Shown: positions 44,755 to 59,169, counted from the stretch's first letter. The stretch is DNA of 64,000 bases from Octopus vulgaris (GCA_951406725.2 OX597831.1:58280001-58344000), one strand, 5' to 3'. The notes: a model not told the origin generated them from the letters alone. Made by a program: numbers and translations.

Positions 44755-44881
44755 GTATATTAAACAGCCGAAATCTGCGATGATGAATCGGTTTCTGACT
44801 GAAGAACGAAGGCTTTGAATGACCCGTCTGTCTCTTATGTTCGTCCCTTCGTGTATTTCACGTTATTTATATATGTAAAGG

Positions 44882-44937
<56 letters not shown>

Positions 44938-44953
44938 GGTATATATATGTATA

Positions 44954-45014
<61 letters not shown>

Positions 45015-45291
45015 TCAATATTCATTTTGGGGGATTAATCGATATGCGGGTATTCTATTTCAGTTAATACAAATATAACGTAATGGGTATATCTGACAGT
45101 AAACTCATGGTATCAGTTTGCCCGTCACGAAATAACACTTAAAGGATATAACCTAAATTACCAGCTATATAATGTATTTCATTAATTATATCATACTTTA
45201 GTTAATACTTACATTTATTAAATATGAAGGAACTACACGTGTTTCAGTATTGGAAGATTACAATATATATACATATACACAACTGTATACC

Positions 45292-45366
<75 letters not shown>

Positions 45367-45570
45367 CTTCTTCTCCCCTACAATAAAACTACGAAACTTC
45401 GTTTCGGCAGTACTGTTTTGTGACTCACGTGGTGGGATTTTGGAGGGAGATACAAATTCGCCTGTCTATATAAATGTGGATATGCTAGTGGTCTTTTGTA
45501 TCTTTCAATGTCGCTTGGTCGAATATATAAAGGGTAAGTTTTTCTTGGCATTTCTAGATTTATGGGAAAT

Positions 45571-45628
45571 ATTATGTTGATAAGGAAATGAACTTCACGA
45601 TTCTAATCCAGAAACGGTCGTCCATAAT
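45571..45628 (+). ncRNA. Hammerhead with U3-A8 core (diverged)
   Basis: attatg-TTGATAA-gga...tcca-GAAA-cggtcg-TC-cataat; 6-bp stem I. Confidence 0.62.
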
Positions 45629-45992
45629 TAATCCAGTAGACTGTGTGGTTTCGTTGTTTTCCTTCTTCTTTTACCATATATGAGTTACAAATGCTGTTGT
45701 TTGTGGAGACTTTTTTTTGTAGTAATAGAAATGGTAGCCCTTTGACTGCTATTTCTAATATTTTCGGTATGTGGTTTAAGCAACTTGTTGCAAAAAACCC
45801 TTATTATAATTATATATATATATAGCAACGAATTGCCTCACCACACACCGAATTTAGAAATAGCAGTCAAAGAGTTATAGCTATTCTTTCTACTAAAAGG
45901 GAGATCTCAGTAAAAACACAGCACTTGAAAGGCAAACACAGACAGGTAAGAGAGAATGAAATGACGGCAATCTATCATACAATTTTAAGTCA

Positions 45993-46083
45993 CCTACGGA
46001 CGTACGTTTCGAAATTAAGTTTTAGGAAAGCATAAGAATTAGATAATTATATCTTACCCAACTTCTTTTCTCATCAGCGTAGG
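45993..46083 (-). ncRNA. Type I hammerhead ribozyme (inverted copy)
   Basis: Reverse complement of 46704-46794. Confidence 0.85.
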
Positions 46084-46703
46084 AGACTACAATTATGAAT
46101 AATTGTATATTAAATTTCGAGATACTAGAAGGCAACATCTCCACTCAGTATCAGAGCGAGCCGTTACCAGTATCACCAAATTCAAAGTGTGAATGAAAGT
46201 TTGTGTCATCAGCCCCTTCCCACCCGCGTGTAGCCAAGACAAGATGCTGTGGTCATTTACTGGGATGAAATATGGTTATCAGTAACAATATAGGGTGAAA
46301 TTAATTAATTTGGAATAATTATTAATTACACCAAGTAGATTTCGGCATTGACTGCTATTTCTAAATTCGGTGTGTGGGAGGCAATTCGTTGCTAAACCCT
46401 TAATTGCTTAGTATTACTTAAATTTTCCTCGAATGAGGCTTTTACATGCCGAAATCTACTTGGTGTAATTAATAATTATTCCAAATTAATTAATTTCACC
46501 CTATATTGTTACTGATAACCATATTTCATCCCAGTAAATGACCACAGCACACGCGGGTGGGAAGGGGCTGGTGACACAAACTTTCATTCACACTTTGAAT
46601 TTGGTGATACTGGTAACGGCTTTTAGCTCGCTCTGATACTGAGTTGTGATGTTGCCTTCTAGTATCTCGAAATTTAATATACAATTATTCATAATTGTAG
46701 TGT

Positions 46704-46794
46704 CCTACGCTGATGAGAAAAGAAGTTGGGTAAGATATAATTATCTAATTCTTATGCTTTCCTAAAACTTAATTTCGAAACGTACGTCCGTAGG
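46704..46794 (+). ncRNA. Type I hammerhead ribozyme
   Basis: cctacg-CTGATGA-gaaa...tttc-GAAA-cgtacg-TC-cgtagg; GUC site after 46788. Confidence 0.88.
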
Positions 46795-47109
46795 TGACTT
46801 AAAATTGTATGATAGATTGCCGTCATTTCATTCTCTCTTACCTGTCTGTGTTTGCCTTTCAAGTGCTGTGTTTTTACTGAGATCTCCCTTTTAGTAGAAA
46901 GAATAGGTATAACTCTTTGACTGCTATTTCTAAATTCGGTGTGTGGTGAGGCAATTCGTTGCTAAACCCTTAATTGCTTAGTATTACTTAAATTTTCCTC
47001 GAATGAGGCTTTTACATGCCGAAATCTACTTGGTGTAATTAATAATTATTCCAAATTAATTAATTTCACCCTATATTGTTACTGATATATATATATATAT
47101 ATATATATA

Positions 47110-47620
47110 TGAGTGGCTGTGTGGTAAGTAGCTTGCTAACCAACCACATGGTTGCGGGTTCAGTCCCACTGCGTGGCAACTTGTTGCATAAAACCCTTAA
47201 TATAATTATATATATATGAGTGGCTGTGTGGTAAGTAGCTTGCTAACCAACCACATGGTTGCGGGTTCAGTCCCACTGCGTGGCATCTTGGGCAAGTGTC
47301 TTCTGCTATAGCCCCGGGCCGACCAATGCCTTGTGAGTGGATTTGGTAGACGGAAACTGAAAGAAGCCTGTCGTATATATGTATATATATATATGTATGT
47401 GTGTGTGTTTGTGTGTCTGTGTTTGTTCCCCTAGCATTGCCTGACAACCGATGCTGGTGTGTTTACGTCCCCGTCACTTAGCGGTTCGGCAAAAAGAGAC
47501 CGATAGAATAAGTACTGGGCTTACAAAAAGAATAAGTCCCGGGGACGAGTTGCTCGACTAAAGGCGGTACTCCAGCATGGCCGCAGTCAAATGACTGAAA
47601 CAAGTAAAAAGAGTCAAAAG
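47110..47620 (+). mobile_element. Family A SINE, full length (47218-47620), preceded by a duplicated head (47110-47178)
   Basis: tRNA-like head, CORE-like segment, internal microsatellite and tail. Confidence 0.9.
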
Positions 47621-48289
47621 TGTCATATATACAATCATCAGATTTACAATTATTCCAACATCTCCCCAGGTTCTATTTCAAAATATTATATATCTAATTT
47701 TACATCCTTTTAAAAATAAGCAATACAATTAAGCATTAAAGATTAAAAATTACGAATTAGAAATTAAGAATAAAAAATTAAGAATAAAAATTAAGAATAA
47801 ATATTATACTTTATAATATTAAGAATTAAACATTTTAAATTATACATTATAGATATGAATTAGTATATATATATCAGTCATGTAAAATCAAGAGAAAATA
47901 TGAGAAATAATGAGAACAAAAAATCGCAAAGAAGTTTGATGCAAAAACTGAAACAAGGTGAAAGAAAAGAAAACCAAGATCTTCGTCCTCTTTTATTGTA
48001 GAACAACATAATTTATGTAGCTGGTGTAGACTAATATAACAGAAAGGAGACCAAAGTTTGTGAGATAGCTACTTAATTCAGAGGAGGCAGTGTCCTCCAG
48101 TTGGACAAAAGAAACCTGTTAATTCGCCTGAAGGAAACTCATATTGGCTTTTTGGTACAAAATTCTTTCTTGTTTGTCTCGCTAGCAGGGTATTAATATT
48201 GTTGTTTAGCTCTATCTTAACCGTAACCATTCTCTTTCGCGAATATTTTGGTATAGTGCGTACAAGAAACAATGTAGTTTTGCTTATCT

Positions 48290-48650
48290 TGCTCTGACCT
48301 TCCGCTTTGGCCGCAAACTCGGGCACTGCCGCCCGCAATGGAAACAAGGGAAAGATAAACAAATCACGGACCTTAATCGATCATTTCCTTTTCGTACCGG
48401 TCACCTTTGAGATCTCTGGCGTCCCCCATCCCCTCATTACTGATTTCCTCCACAAAATCGGAAAGGCAGCAGCCCGCTTATTGAAGGAGCCCCGTGAAGC
48501 GGGCTGGCTGTTGCAGCGGATGTCGCTGGCCATTCTCCTTGGCAATGCCTTCGCCATTTTGTCTGCCAGGCACAGCCAAATCACCGCACAGATTCTGGTT
48601 GAGGGTATGTCCCTTCTTCCCCGATTCCTTTCCTTTGTTGTTTAATTCTC
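48290..48650 (+). mobile_element. CRE-like non-LTR retrotransposon C-terminal (REL) fragment
   Basis: K..K...L...FLFVPVTFEISG...EPREAGWLLQRMSLAILLGNAFAIL resembles the FVP.A.ET.G...QRLS.AIQRGNA signature. Confidence 0.7.
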
Positions 48651-48737
48651 TTTATCTTTTTTCCTTTTTTCCCCTCTTTTGCTTCATTTAAATATTATTA
48701 TATTCTATTTGTAAATAATATTGAATTGAAATAGTAA

Positions 48738-49140
48738 AGCTAAGCTTGTTTCCCAACCACTTGGTTTTCGGATTCAGTGCTACTGCGTGGCACCTTGGGC
48801 AAGTGTCTTTTACTATAACCTCGGGCCGACCAAAGCCTTGTAAGTGGATTTGGTAGACGGAAACTAAAAGAAGCCCATCGTATACACACACACAGACATA
48901 CAAAGACAGACACACACACCTGTGTGTGTGTGTGTGTGTGTGTCTTTGTGTCTGTGACGTCCCCCATTACCATTTGACAACTGGAGTTGGTATGTTTCCA
49001 CCTCCGTAAACTAGCGGTTCGGCAAAAGACACTGATAAAATTAGTACTAGGCTCAAAGTAATTAAGTCCCTTCAAGACGGTGCTCCAGCATGGCTGCAGT
49101 CAAATGGCAGATACGAGTAAAAGACTAGAAGAATAAAAGA
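48738..49140 (+). mobile_element. Family A SINE
   Basis: Matches family A. Confidence 0.82.
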
Positions 49141-49289
49141 AATACCTTTTTATAAAAGTGTAGTTTGTAATTTGATGAAAAGTTAGCTGGTATTTAAGTC
49201 AGTTCGAGGGATCTTTTCGGTTTGAACGGCAGTTTTTTCCAGCGGTGTCATGCGGTGAAATGCAATAGATCGATACTAGGGTCATAATT

Positions 49290-50270
49290 TGGCGAAAAGA
49301 TAAGTCATATATCGATTTCGTTTGGTAAACCGTTAAGTCATTTAATCGATCACGTTTGGCGAACCGATACATCATTTCATCGATCTCGTTTGTTGAGCCG
49401 CTACATCATTTCATCGATCTCGTTTGGCGAACAGCTAAGTCATTTCATCGATCTCGTTTGCCGAATCGCTAATCATTTTATAGATCTAGTTTGTCGAACC
49501 GCTACATCATTTTATAGATCTCGGTTGGCGAACCGCTACATCATTTCATCCATCTCGTTTGGCAAACCGCTAAGTCATTTTATCGATCTCATTTGGCGAA
49601 CCGCTATGTCGTTTTATCGATCTCGTTTGGCGAACGGCTACTTCATTTTTTCTATCCCGTTTGGCGAACCGCTAAGTCATCTTATCGATCTCGTTTGACG
49701 AAATGCTACGTCATTTTATCGAAAACGTTTGGCGAACTGCTAAGTCATTTTATAGAAAACGTTTGTCGATCCGCTGCGTCATTTAATCGATTTTGTTTGG
49801 CGAACCGCTAAGTCGTTTTATCGATCTCGTTTGTCGAACCGCTAATAATTTTATTGAACTCGTTTGGCGAACCGCTAAGTTATTTTATCTATCTCGTTTG
49901 GCGAACCGCTACGTCATTTTATATATCTCGTTTGTCGATCCGCTAAGTCATTTTATCGATCTTGTTTGACGAACTGCTAAGTCATTTTATCTATCGCGTT
50001 TGGCGAAACGCTAAGTCATTTTATCGATCTCGTTTGGCGAACCACTAAGTCATTTTATGGATCTCGTTTGTCGAACCGCGACGTCATTTTTATCGATCCC
50101 GTTTGTCGAAGCGCTCAGTCATTTTATCAATCTCGTTTGTCGAACCGCTACGTGATTTTATCGATCTCGTTTGTCGAATCGCTAAGTCATGTTATTGATC
50201 TCGTTTGTCGAAACGCTACGTGATTTTATCGATTTCGTTTCTCGAACTGCTACGTCATTTTATCGAAACC
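49290..50270. repeat. 34-bp minisatellite (about 29 units)
   Basis: Consensus tttggcgaaccgctaagtcattttatcgatctcg. Confidence 0.93.
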
Positions 50271-50277
50271 GTTTTTG

Positions 50278-51012
50278 ACAGTTTTCGACCAACCTTCCCG
50301 GAAGTTAGAAAATACTCGGAACTTCCCAGGAAGTTTTCCACCAAATTTCCATAGAGTTAAAAAATCCTTGGAACACCCCAGGAAGTTTTCGACCAATTTT
50401 CCAGGAAGTTAGAAAATCCTCGGATCTTCCAAGGAAGTTTCCGACAAATTTACCGGAAGTTAGGTAAACCACGGAACTTCTCAGGCAGTTTTCGGCTAAC
50501 CTTCCCGAAAGTTAGAATATCCCCGGAATTTCCCAAGAAGTTTTCGACCAATTTTCCAGCAAGTTAGAAAATCCTCGGAACCTCCCAGGAAGTTTTCGAC
50601 CAAATTTCGAGGAAGTAAAAAATCCTCGGAACTTCACATGAAGTTTTCGACCAATTTTCCCGGAAGTTAGAAAATCCTTGGAACCTCCCACGAATTTTTC
50701 GACCTAATTTCCCGGAAGTTAAAAATCCTCGGAACTTCCCGGCAAAATTTCGACCTAATTCCAGGATGTTAGAAAATCCTTGGAACTTCCCAGGAGGTTT
50801 TCGAGCAAATTTCCTGGAAGTTAGATAGTTTTTGGAACATCCCAGGCAGTTTTCGACTAAACTTCCAGGAAGTTAGAACATCCTCAGAACTTCCCAGGCA
50901 GATTTCGACCAAATTTCCCGGAAGATAGAAAATCCTCTGAACTTCCCAGGAAGTTTTCGATCAAATTTCCCGGAAGTTAGAAAGACCTCGGAACTTCCGA
51001 GGCAGTTTTCGA
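50278..51012. repeat. 52-bp minisatellite (about 14 units)
   Basis: Consensus ggaagttagaaaatcctcggaacttcccaggaagttttcgaccaaatttccc. Confidence 0.92.
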
Positions 51013-51715
51013 CATTTCAATCTGTTTTAGGGTTAGGGATGGGGAGATAGGTATCTTTTTTCTTCAAAAATGTAAATAAACCCAATCTGTTTCTTAAACG
51101 AGGGACATATTCATACAGCACAGAATGTTTTTAACTCAATAGACGTCATTGATTGGTTGAAATTGCAGAAATTGAAGGAAAATAACAGCAAATATCTTAC
51201 AAAATATAGAATTTTCTCAATAAAGCCAAGAGAAAAAGATGTTTTATAAACACATTCTACCAGTATAAGAAGTGTAAAAGTGTTTAGTTACGTGCAAATT
51301 ATGTTTAAAAATTGCCGATCAAACCGAAAAATTCCAGTTCGAACGATTGTGAATAGGTTCCGTAGTTAACGTAAAGCAATATGAAGTTAAAATTGCCACC
51401 AGTCTTCCTCGATAATGTATATTACATAACATTTTATTTCCAATATCTTCTCCACCGAATTAACATCATGTTGTATACATTACTCCTTACTTCCGTCAGT
51501 ATTTATCGAAGAAAAATATCTTATGTCTTGAAATATTGTTAACTATTATTTATGAGCTAAATAAGTGGAAGTGAGAGGAAAAGCAAAAAGAGAAAGTGGG
51601 AGTGATGTAGGAAATGAAATAGACACGCTCACTCATATGTATGTAGGCATTAAACATGTATGTATGCGTCTCTCGCCCCTCTCTCTGTCTATGTATGTAT
51701 GTATGTATCTGTCTG

Positions 51716-51870
<155 letters not shown>

Positions 51871-51876
51871 CTCAGT

Positions 51877-51923
<47 letters not shown>

Positions 51924-52082
51924 AATGTATGTATGTATATAATTATGTGTGTGAGTGTGTCTGTCTCTTTCTCTCTCTCTCTATAGATATGTTTATGTAT
52001 GTATGTAGATATATGTGTGTGTGTGTGTATATATATACTGAGAGAGAGAGAGAGAAAGGGAGGGAGAAAGGGAGAAAGAGAA

Positions 52083-52123
<41 letters not shown>

Positions 52124-53087
52124 CAGAGACTGAGAGAAAGAGAGAATGCATTGAAGGTGAGAGAGTTGAAAAAGATAACAGTAAATCCATTTTATTTTAC
52201 CAGGAAACTGTTATTCAGTTTCATGTTGCTGTTACTTTCGCCGGAAACATAACAAATATCAGGAAAGTAAAGTTTTGTGTTTGTGTGGTGATATATCAGC
52301 CATTGCTTTGCCTCATTAGGTCTGTCCAAACTAATTATTAATATAACATAACAAAACGTATAAATACCACTGAATAATTTACTGGAAACTTCTTTTTGCA
52401 CTTCAAATTTCATAAATAATGTTGAAGTCTGTTGTAATTGTTTTATTGTTGTAGCTTACTGCGTTGTGGCGTCACGGTTAAAAAAAAACCCCACACATAC
52501 ATATAGACAGAGAAGAAGAACGAATGCAAATGAGTAGCTAAATACGAAGCAATCAATGTATGACGCAATAGTAACCTCACTAGAACGATTTAGACAACTA
52601 CCACCATCACTGTCTAAACTGCCACCACTACTACTATGATAAGTGCTTAGCCCTGAAGACAATTTAAAATCAACAACAACAATAGCAATTATAACGACGA
52701 CGACGACGACGACAACAACAACAACAACAGCGGCAACAACAACAATTTATATATTGGTTTTGATAAAGTAGTATGGAAGATTGATGCTATTATGAAGATA
52801 TTCGTTTTTCTTTTATTCTAACTAATTTAACAATTGTCATTTCTAATTTTTAAATTTATTCTTTGGATATTTATTTCGTTTTTCGCTTCTTTGCAGCGTC
52901 ATTTGGAATTTCTCAGACAAATGAAACCAAATAAAAAAAAATAATAATAAATAAATAAAAATAAAATAAAATCAACGAAAGAACAAACTGATAACAGGCC
53001 ACACCCTGGAATAACAACTATAGCAATAAAAACAACAACAACAACAACAGCAGAAATGCTTAGTTATACATACAAACACACTCGCGG

Positions 53088-53127
<40 letters not shown>

Positions 53128-53321
53128 TACACTATAGGACTATGGTTCTCATTATATACAATTGAAATTCTAGTTACATATACATATTATATACTACACG
53201 CACACATATGTAGTAACACACCTATGTACATACATACATGCGCGCATACATTTATTTCAATACACACACGCACATATATATACACAAATACATATGTATA
53301 TGCATACATATATACATATAC

Positions 53322-53393
<72 letters not shown>

Positions 53394-53411
53394 GTATACA
53401 TACACGTGCAT

Positions 53412-53466
<55 letters not shown>

Positions 53467-55589
53467 GGGGGAAAAAGAGACTGACAAAGAGAGAAAGAAT
53501 GAAAGAAATACTGAAGGGGAGAAAGAAATATTATCTACATATTTGTATTCAATCGTGTCTCGTACCTAGTCGTTTGTTAAATAGATATGATAAAATGATT
53601 ATCAGACTGAAATAAGTATTTATATCTCAATGATCGGCTGAAGCATTGAAGGCGGTGCCACAGTATGGCTGCAGTTCGCTGACCAGTAAAAGAGTAAAAA
53701 CAAAACAAAACAAGAGAAAAAGAATAAAATTAACAATGGAAGGATGGGTAAGAACTGAAGAACTGCCAACTTCATTGAAATCTTATGAATTGTAAAATGC
53801 AAGAAGAGATAAAAAAAGAAAAGAAAAGATGTTAGTTATTTCTATTCTGAATATCATCAGATAATTTGATGCAATCGGACAGTCTGTATATAAAATGGCG
53901 CCTATTCACCGCAGTTCTCTTAAACAAATATCTAGATATATTGTAATAAAAGATATATTCCATTACCCTTTATGGTTGATGGGGGTGTCATTAGAAACGT
54001 CTTTGTAATTATGCAGTGTGTCGAAGTCCAGTTAATCCCAGGGAGGCCAAAATTCTGCAGATATTGATTGCATTTCGGAGTTAGATAATCGTAGCGAAAT
54101 ATGTTATATCCGGAGCTATAGATCTGTGGATCAAATTCTATTCGTTGGATAGACTATCGATATTTCCTAGACCTTCGATCAAGGCAACGACAACAGCAGC
54201 AACAACAACAAAATAACATCAACTAAATCGAAAGGACGAGCAGTAGTTTATGTGAAATGATTCACATCGGATTATATCACGAATTGAATTTTATCAAGAG
54301 GAGCGTAATGCAGTTGTTTAAGGAAGTTCGTTGTGGTATACATCAACATAAGAATTGATCTAGTAAAGCTAAACATGAGGTATGTGAGGCAATGGAATAT
54401 CAAAAGGAAGTCTTTAGATATTAACATATCTTCTCATGAATCCTTCATATGCGTGTCTTTTGTATTTACTTAAATCTAGTCTCTGACGGCTGCCATCATT
54501 GTTTGCAAATGATCATCTTTCATTTCTTATCTTTTACTTGTATCAACTGTGACCATGATGGGAGCACTGTCTTGAATACTTTTTAGTCGAACGAATCAAC
54601 CCAAGTACTTATTTTTTTAAAGCTTGGTACTTACTCTATCGGTGTCCTTTGCCGAACCGCTAGATATCTTTCCTTTGCTTATATTGAGAAAGAAACCATG
54701 GCATAATCTCGAAGTAAACTTATCTCACGTATGCCTCCGATGCACCTTGAAAAAGCATAGAGTTCACATCACCACACATCTATAAACTGTTAGAAAATGA
54801 TGACATACTGTGTCTAAGTAAATGAAAAAAGTGTTTATAATTTTGGTTCATGATTCAAATTTATGTAGATTCGTTTATGTGATTCGTTTAATCAAATCTA
54901 TCGTTTCATTGGTATTGACTTTTATTGACTCCTGAGCAATGATAGGAAAATCCAACACTAGTTAAATTTGAAATCAGACCGTAAAGAGACTTATCTAAAT
55001 TTTGAGGGAGAAGTTATCGCCAATTATATCGAAACCAGTACTTAACTAATACTTATATTAAAGGAATATTTTCTCTTTCTTCACGTTCTTCAACTATATA
55101 TAAAATGTATTTCTGTAATTATTAAACTGTATTTTTATAGCGGTTAAAAGAACACGAAAATATATTTAACATACATGCCCGCTAATGTTCGCTAGCGTTC
55201 CAGAAAGTATATTTCTCTATGGCGTTTATATAGCTGTAGTTAGGACCTGCGTATAATGATAACACTTAAGTAAGTTATAAGTGACGGCTTTATCATTATT
55301 TTATCCTTACTTTAAAAGCTAAATAATTTTATCTATTTCCAAATAGGAAACATAATAAGTAGCGTTGCATTCACTGTAAACAAACTAACTAGAAAATATA
55401 CGCTATAATACATAACATAAGAGAAACTTGGTTGCAATAACCGCTATAATAACACATTATTATTATTATCAGTGTGACAATTATATGTCACTCGCATTGA
55501 TGACGTAACAACTGTTTCATAGTTAACGACAGTCTCTGGAGCTCACAGTCTTTTTAGACCAATTTGTGAAAGTTTGACGCTGGAAGCTT

Positions 55590-56040
55590 TGTCAAAAATG
55601 GGAATTTGAAGCTGGAGGTACATGGTATAAACATCGGGTCGAAAGAGTGCTGGAGTCGGAGAAATGCAAATTTTGTGGGATTTTCCTATTTAAACGGATA
55701 AGAAGCTAGAAAATAACAGACCAGACATAACAATAATGAACAAGGAAATTCGAAGCTGCTTACTAATTGGTCCATTATTCCCCTTTGATTTCAGGATTGT
55801 GAAGAAAGACGATGAAAAACAGAAAATATATAATCCCTTAAAATTTGAAATTGCTTGAATTTGGAGTATGAGAACTGTAAAGGTTGTGTCTGTGATAATT
55901 GGTGCATTGGGGGACTGCAAGTAAAAAATACGGGCAAATGGTTGAAAGAGATTGGAATGAAATATCTTGTAGAGCTTCTACAGAAAGTTTGCCTCTTAGG
56001 GACTGGAAAGATTATCAAGAATCTTCTAAGCATTTAAGAG
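55590..56040 (+). mobile_element. Decayed R4/Dong-like REL endonuclease fragment (different family from 8629-11001)
   Basis: ILWDFPI*TDKKLENNRPDITI; IIGALG; LQKVCLLGTGKIIKNLLSI. Confidence 0.75.
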
Positions 56041-56094
56041 ATTATTGAAAGCTTGAGGATACCTAAGGTTACTAGTAATAACTTTGCCATCACA

Positions 56095-56604
56095 CAAATT
56101 CCATCGAGATTCAGAATGAACCTGTATCAAATCTAAAAGAGGGGTTACAGGAAATATTCTACGCAATACCTCAGAAGATTTGCTTGTCAGTTGTTTGACC
56201 TTAACCAGTTGAACATGTCCCTTGGTGGCTGACGATATGTGCATCACTGAACACGAACAATTGTAGTGGGGAAGCATCATAGCCGTGTGTTGAGAGGAAT
56301 TCTTTGGGGGTTTGAATAATTCACGTCTGGAAACATGGGTGTTTCGTTCAACATTCTTAAACAAACATTATTCAGAGACCTTTGAGCAGGATGTACTATT
56401 CGACCTGAAGAAAATTCTAACTGGGCTCCTCCTGCAAGGTCATGTGCTGTTTATCTTGATATGAGATCACTATGTCGCGCACATATGGTTGTGATGCATG
56501 TACCTAGTGTACACTTATCAGGCGGGTAGTCGTGATGGGTATACTGGGCTTTGTATATTTGTACCCCAGTGTCAGTTTAATGGCATGCCCTGCTCTCTCA
56601 CTCA

Positions 56605-56605
<1 letters not shown>
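56095..56605 (+). mobile_element. Probable non-coding retroposon tail ending in (TAA)n
   Basis: GC-richer block ending ctctctcactca followed by (TAA)n; family not identified. Confidence 0.4.
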
Positions 56606-56653
<48 letters not shown>

Positions 56654-56688
56654 TAATAATAATAATGATAATGATAATAAAAATAATG

Positions 56689-56764
<76 letters not shown>

Positions 56765-56922
56765 GAATAGTACTTGGATGTTGAATGTCTTCCACGATAG
56801 TTAACAATCAATTATCAAAGCTTATAATATACTGAAAGAGACCCTGTTAGACAACTGACAACAGGCTGCTGACCGCTCTCACAGAATCAACCAGACAAAA
56901 CAAGATCTAGCAATCTGAGAAG

Positions 56923-57001
<79 letters not shown>

Positions 57002-57299
57002 GTTATAATAATAATAATAATAATAATAATGATAACAATGATTCTTTCTACGATACGTAAAAGGCTTGAAATTTTCGGGGTAGGGGGTTAGTCAATTTCA
57101 TGGACCCCAATGCTCAACTGGTACTTAATTCCTCGACTCCAGAAGGATAAAATGCAAAGTCGACTTCGGTGGAATTTGAACCAAGAACATCAGCGATCCC
57201 ACCAACAATCATATGCGTTATAAGACACATCTAGTTTAGTGTCTTGTCACATTTGAATATACGTCATACTTTAGTATGTCGCACTCTACAATATATGCG

Positions 57300-57331
<32 letters not shown>

Positions 57332-57737
57332 TGTATGTATGTATGTATGTATGTATGTATGTATGTATGTATGTATGTATGTATGTATGTATGGATGGAT
57401 GTATGTGTGTATGCAAGTCTGTATGTATATGCATGCATGTATGTTTGTATGTAATATGTATCCTTCAACTAAGTTATATGTTACACTCGTTCACGAAACA
57501 TCTGTTTTAAAGTTGACAGCAATCTATGGCGCTCACATCTCATTCCATTGATTCCTTGATTCCTTGATTCCTTGATTCCCCTCCCATTTATTTATCAATC
57601 CTTGAGCAGAGACATGAATCAATATATAAAAAAGCACCACAGAATGTTCCATGTAATAAGGAACCGTTTTTTCCCATACATACATACATACATACATACA
57701 TACATACACACACATATATATATGTATATATATATAT

Positions 57738-57860
<123 letters not shown>

Positions 57861-58261
57861 TATATACATATATACACACGCACGTACACACACAGAGGCA
57901 CACACAAACACATTCAGACATATATACATATATATATACATACACGCACACACTTACGCCACGCCACGCCATACCCGCATAGACACATAAACATAGAAAA
58001 TGTACAGGCTTCAAGGAACAGCAAAAACAGAAATTGATAAAGAAAACAAAATACTTTTGGTTGGTTTAGGAAGTCATGATCGAAAATATTTACGGTCTTC
58101 TGGATACTAACTCTGTTATCTTCCGCAAAACCTAATCATATTCATCTGACCAATGATATTTTTTTAGTTCAGCAAACAACAGGATATTCATCCTCGTAAT
58201 CAAGATGGCGTTTCGGCAAAGAAACGTTTAGAGATATTAGAAAGAAAATAAAATAATTTAC

Positions 58262-58299
<38 letters not shown>

Positions 58300-58303
58300 T
58301 AAC

Positions 58304-58367
<64 letters not shown>

Positions 58368-58627
58368 CTGAAAAATAGATTAGTAAGTAGGTATGTAAAT
58401 AAATAAAGCAGAGAGATGAATAAATAAATGAATATATAAAATTGATAAATAAAAAAATAAAAAAATAAATCGTATTGAGTTCTGATCCTGAGTCTAATAC
58501 AACTAACGCTTGGATTATTTTATTCCATGAAACATTGACATCACCGCAAAACAACATCAATCAACCAACTAACAACCCCCCAAAAAATCTTCATATATAA
58601 TATACATATTTTATGTGTGCTTGTATG

Positions 58628-58779
<152 letters not shown>

Positions 58780-58831
58780 GTATATATATGTATATATTAT
58801 ATATATATATGTATATATATGTATATATATG

Positions 58832-58862
<31 letters not shown>

Positions 58863-58967
58863 GTATATATGTATATATATTAAATATATATATATAACAT
58901 ATATATACATATATACATATATATAATATATATACATATATATATATATATAATATATATATATACA

Positions 58968-59045
<78 letters not shown>

Positions 59046-59138
59046 ATATATATATGTATATATGTATATATATATATATGTATATATGTATATATGTATA
59101 TATATATATGTATATATGTATATATATATGTATATATG

Positions 59139-59169
<31 letters not shown>

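Larger units (their letters stand above)
45822..47087 (+). mobile_element. HHR-bearing insert: 527-bp inverted arm + 569-bp monomer + 169-bp tandem repeat, in (TA)n
   Basis: 45822-46348 is the reverse complement of 46446-46964; 46348-46516 recurs at 46917-47086. Confidence 0.85.
49209..51335. mobile_element. Second copy of the 19030 MITE, expanded by two satellites
   Basis: Same TIRs; TSD agttcgag/agttcgaa; 51013-51335 matches 19118-19469. Confidence 0.88.

Noticed and set aside
44799-44865. ctgaaga followed by acgaagg/ccttcgt stem
   Set aside because: No GAAA after the stem and no stem I or III.
48078-48362. 94-aa minus-strand ORF as a host exon
   Set aside because: No recognisable domain or clear splice sites; partly antisense to the CRE-like fragment.
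49290-51012. CRISPR-like appearance of 34-bp and 52-bp repeats
   Set aside because: Units are contiguous with no unique spacers, there are no cas genes, and the context is eukaryotic.
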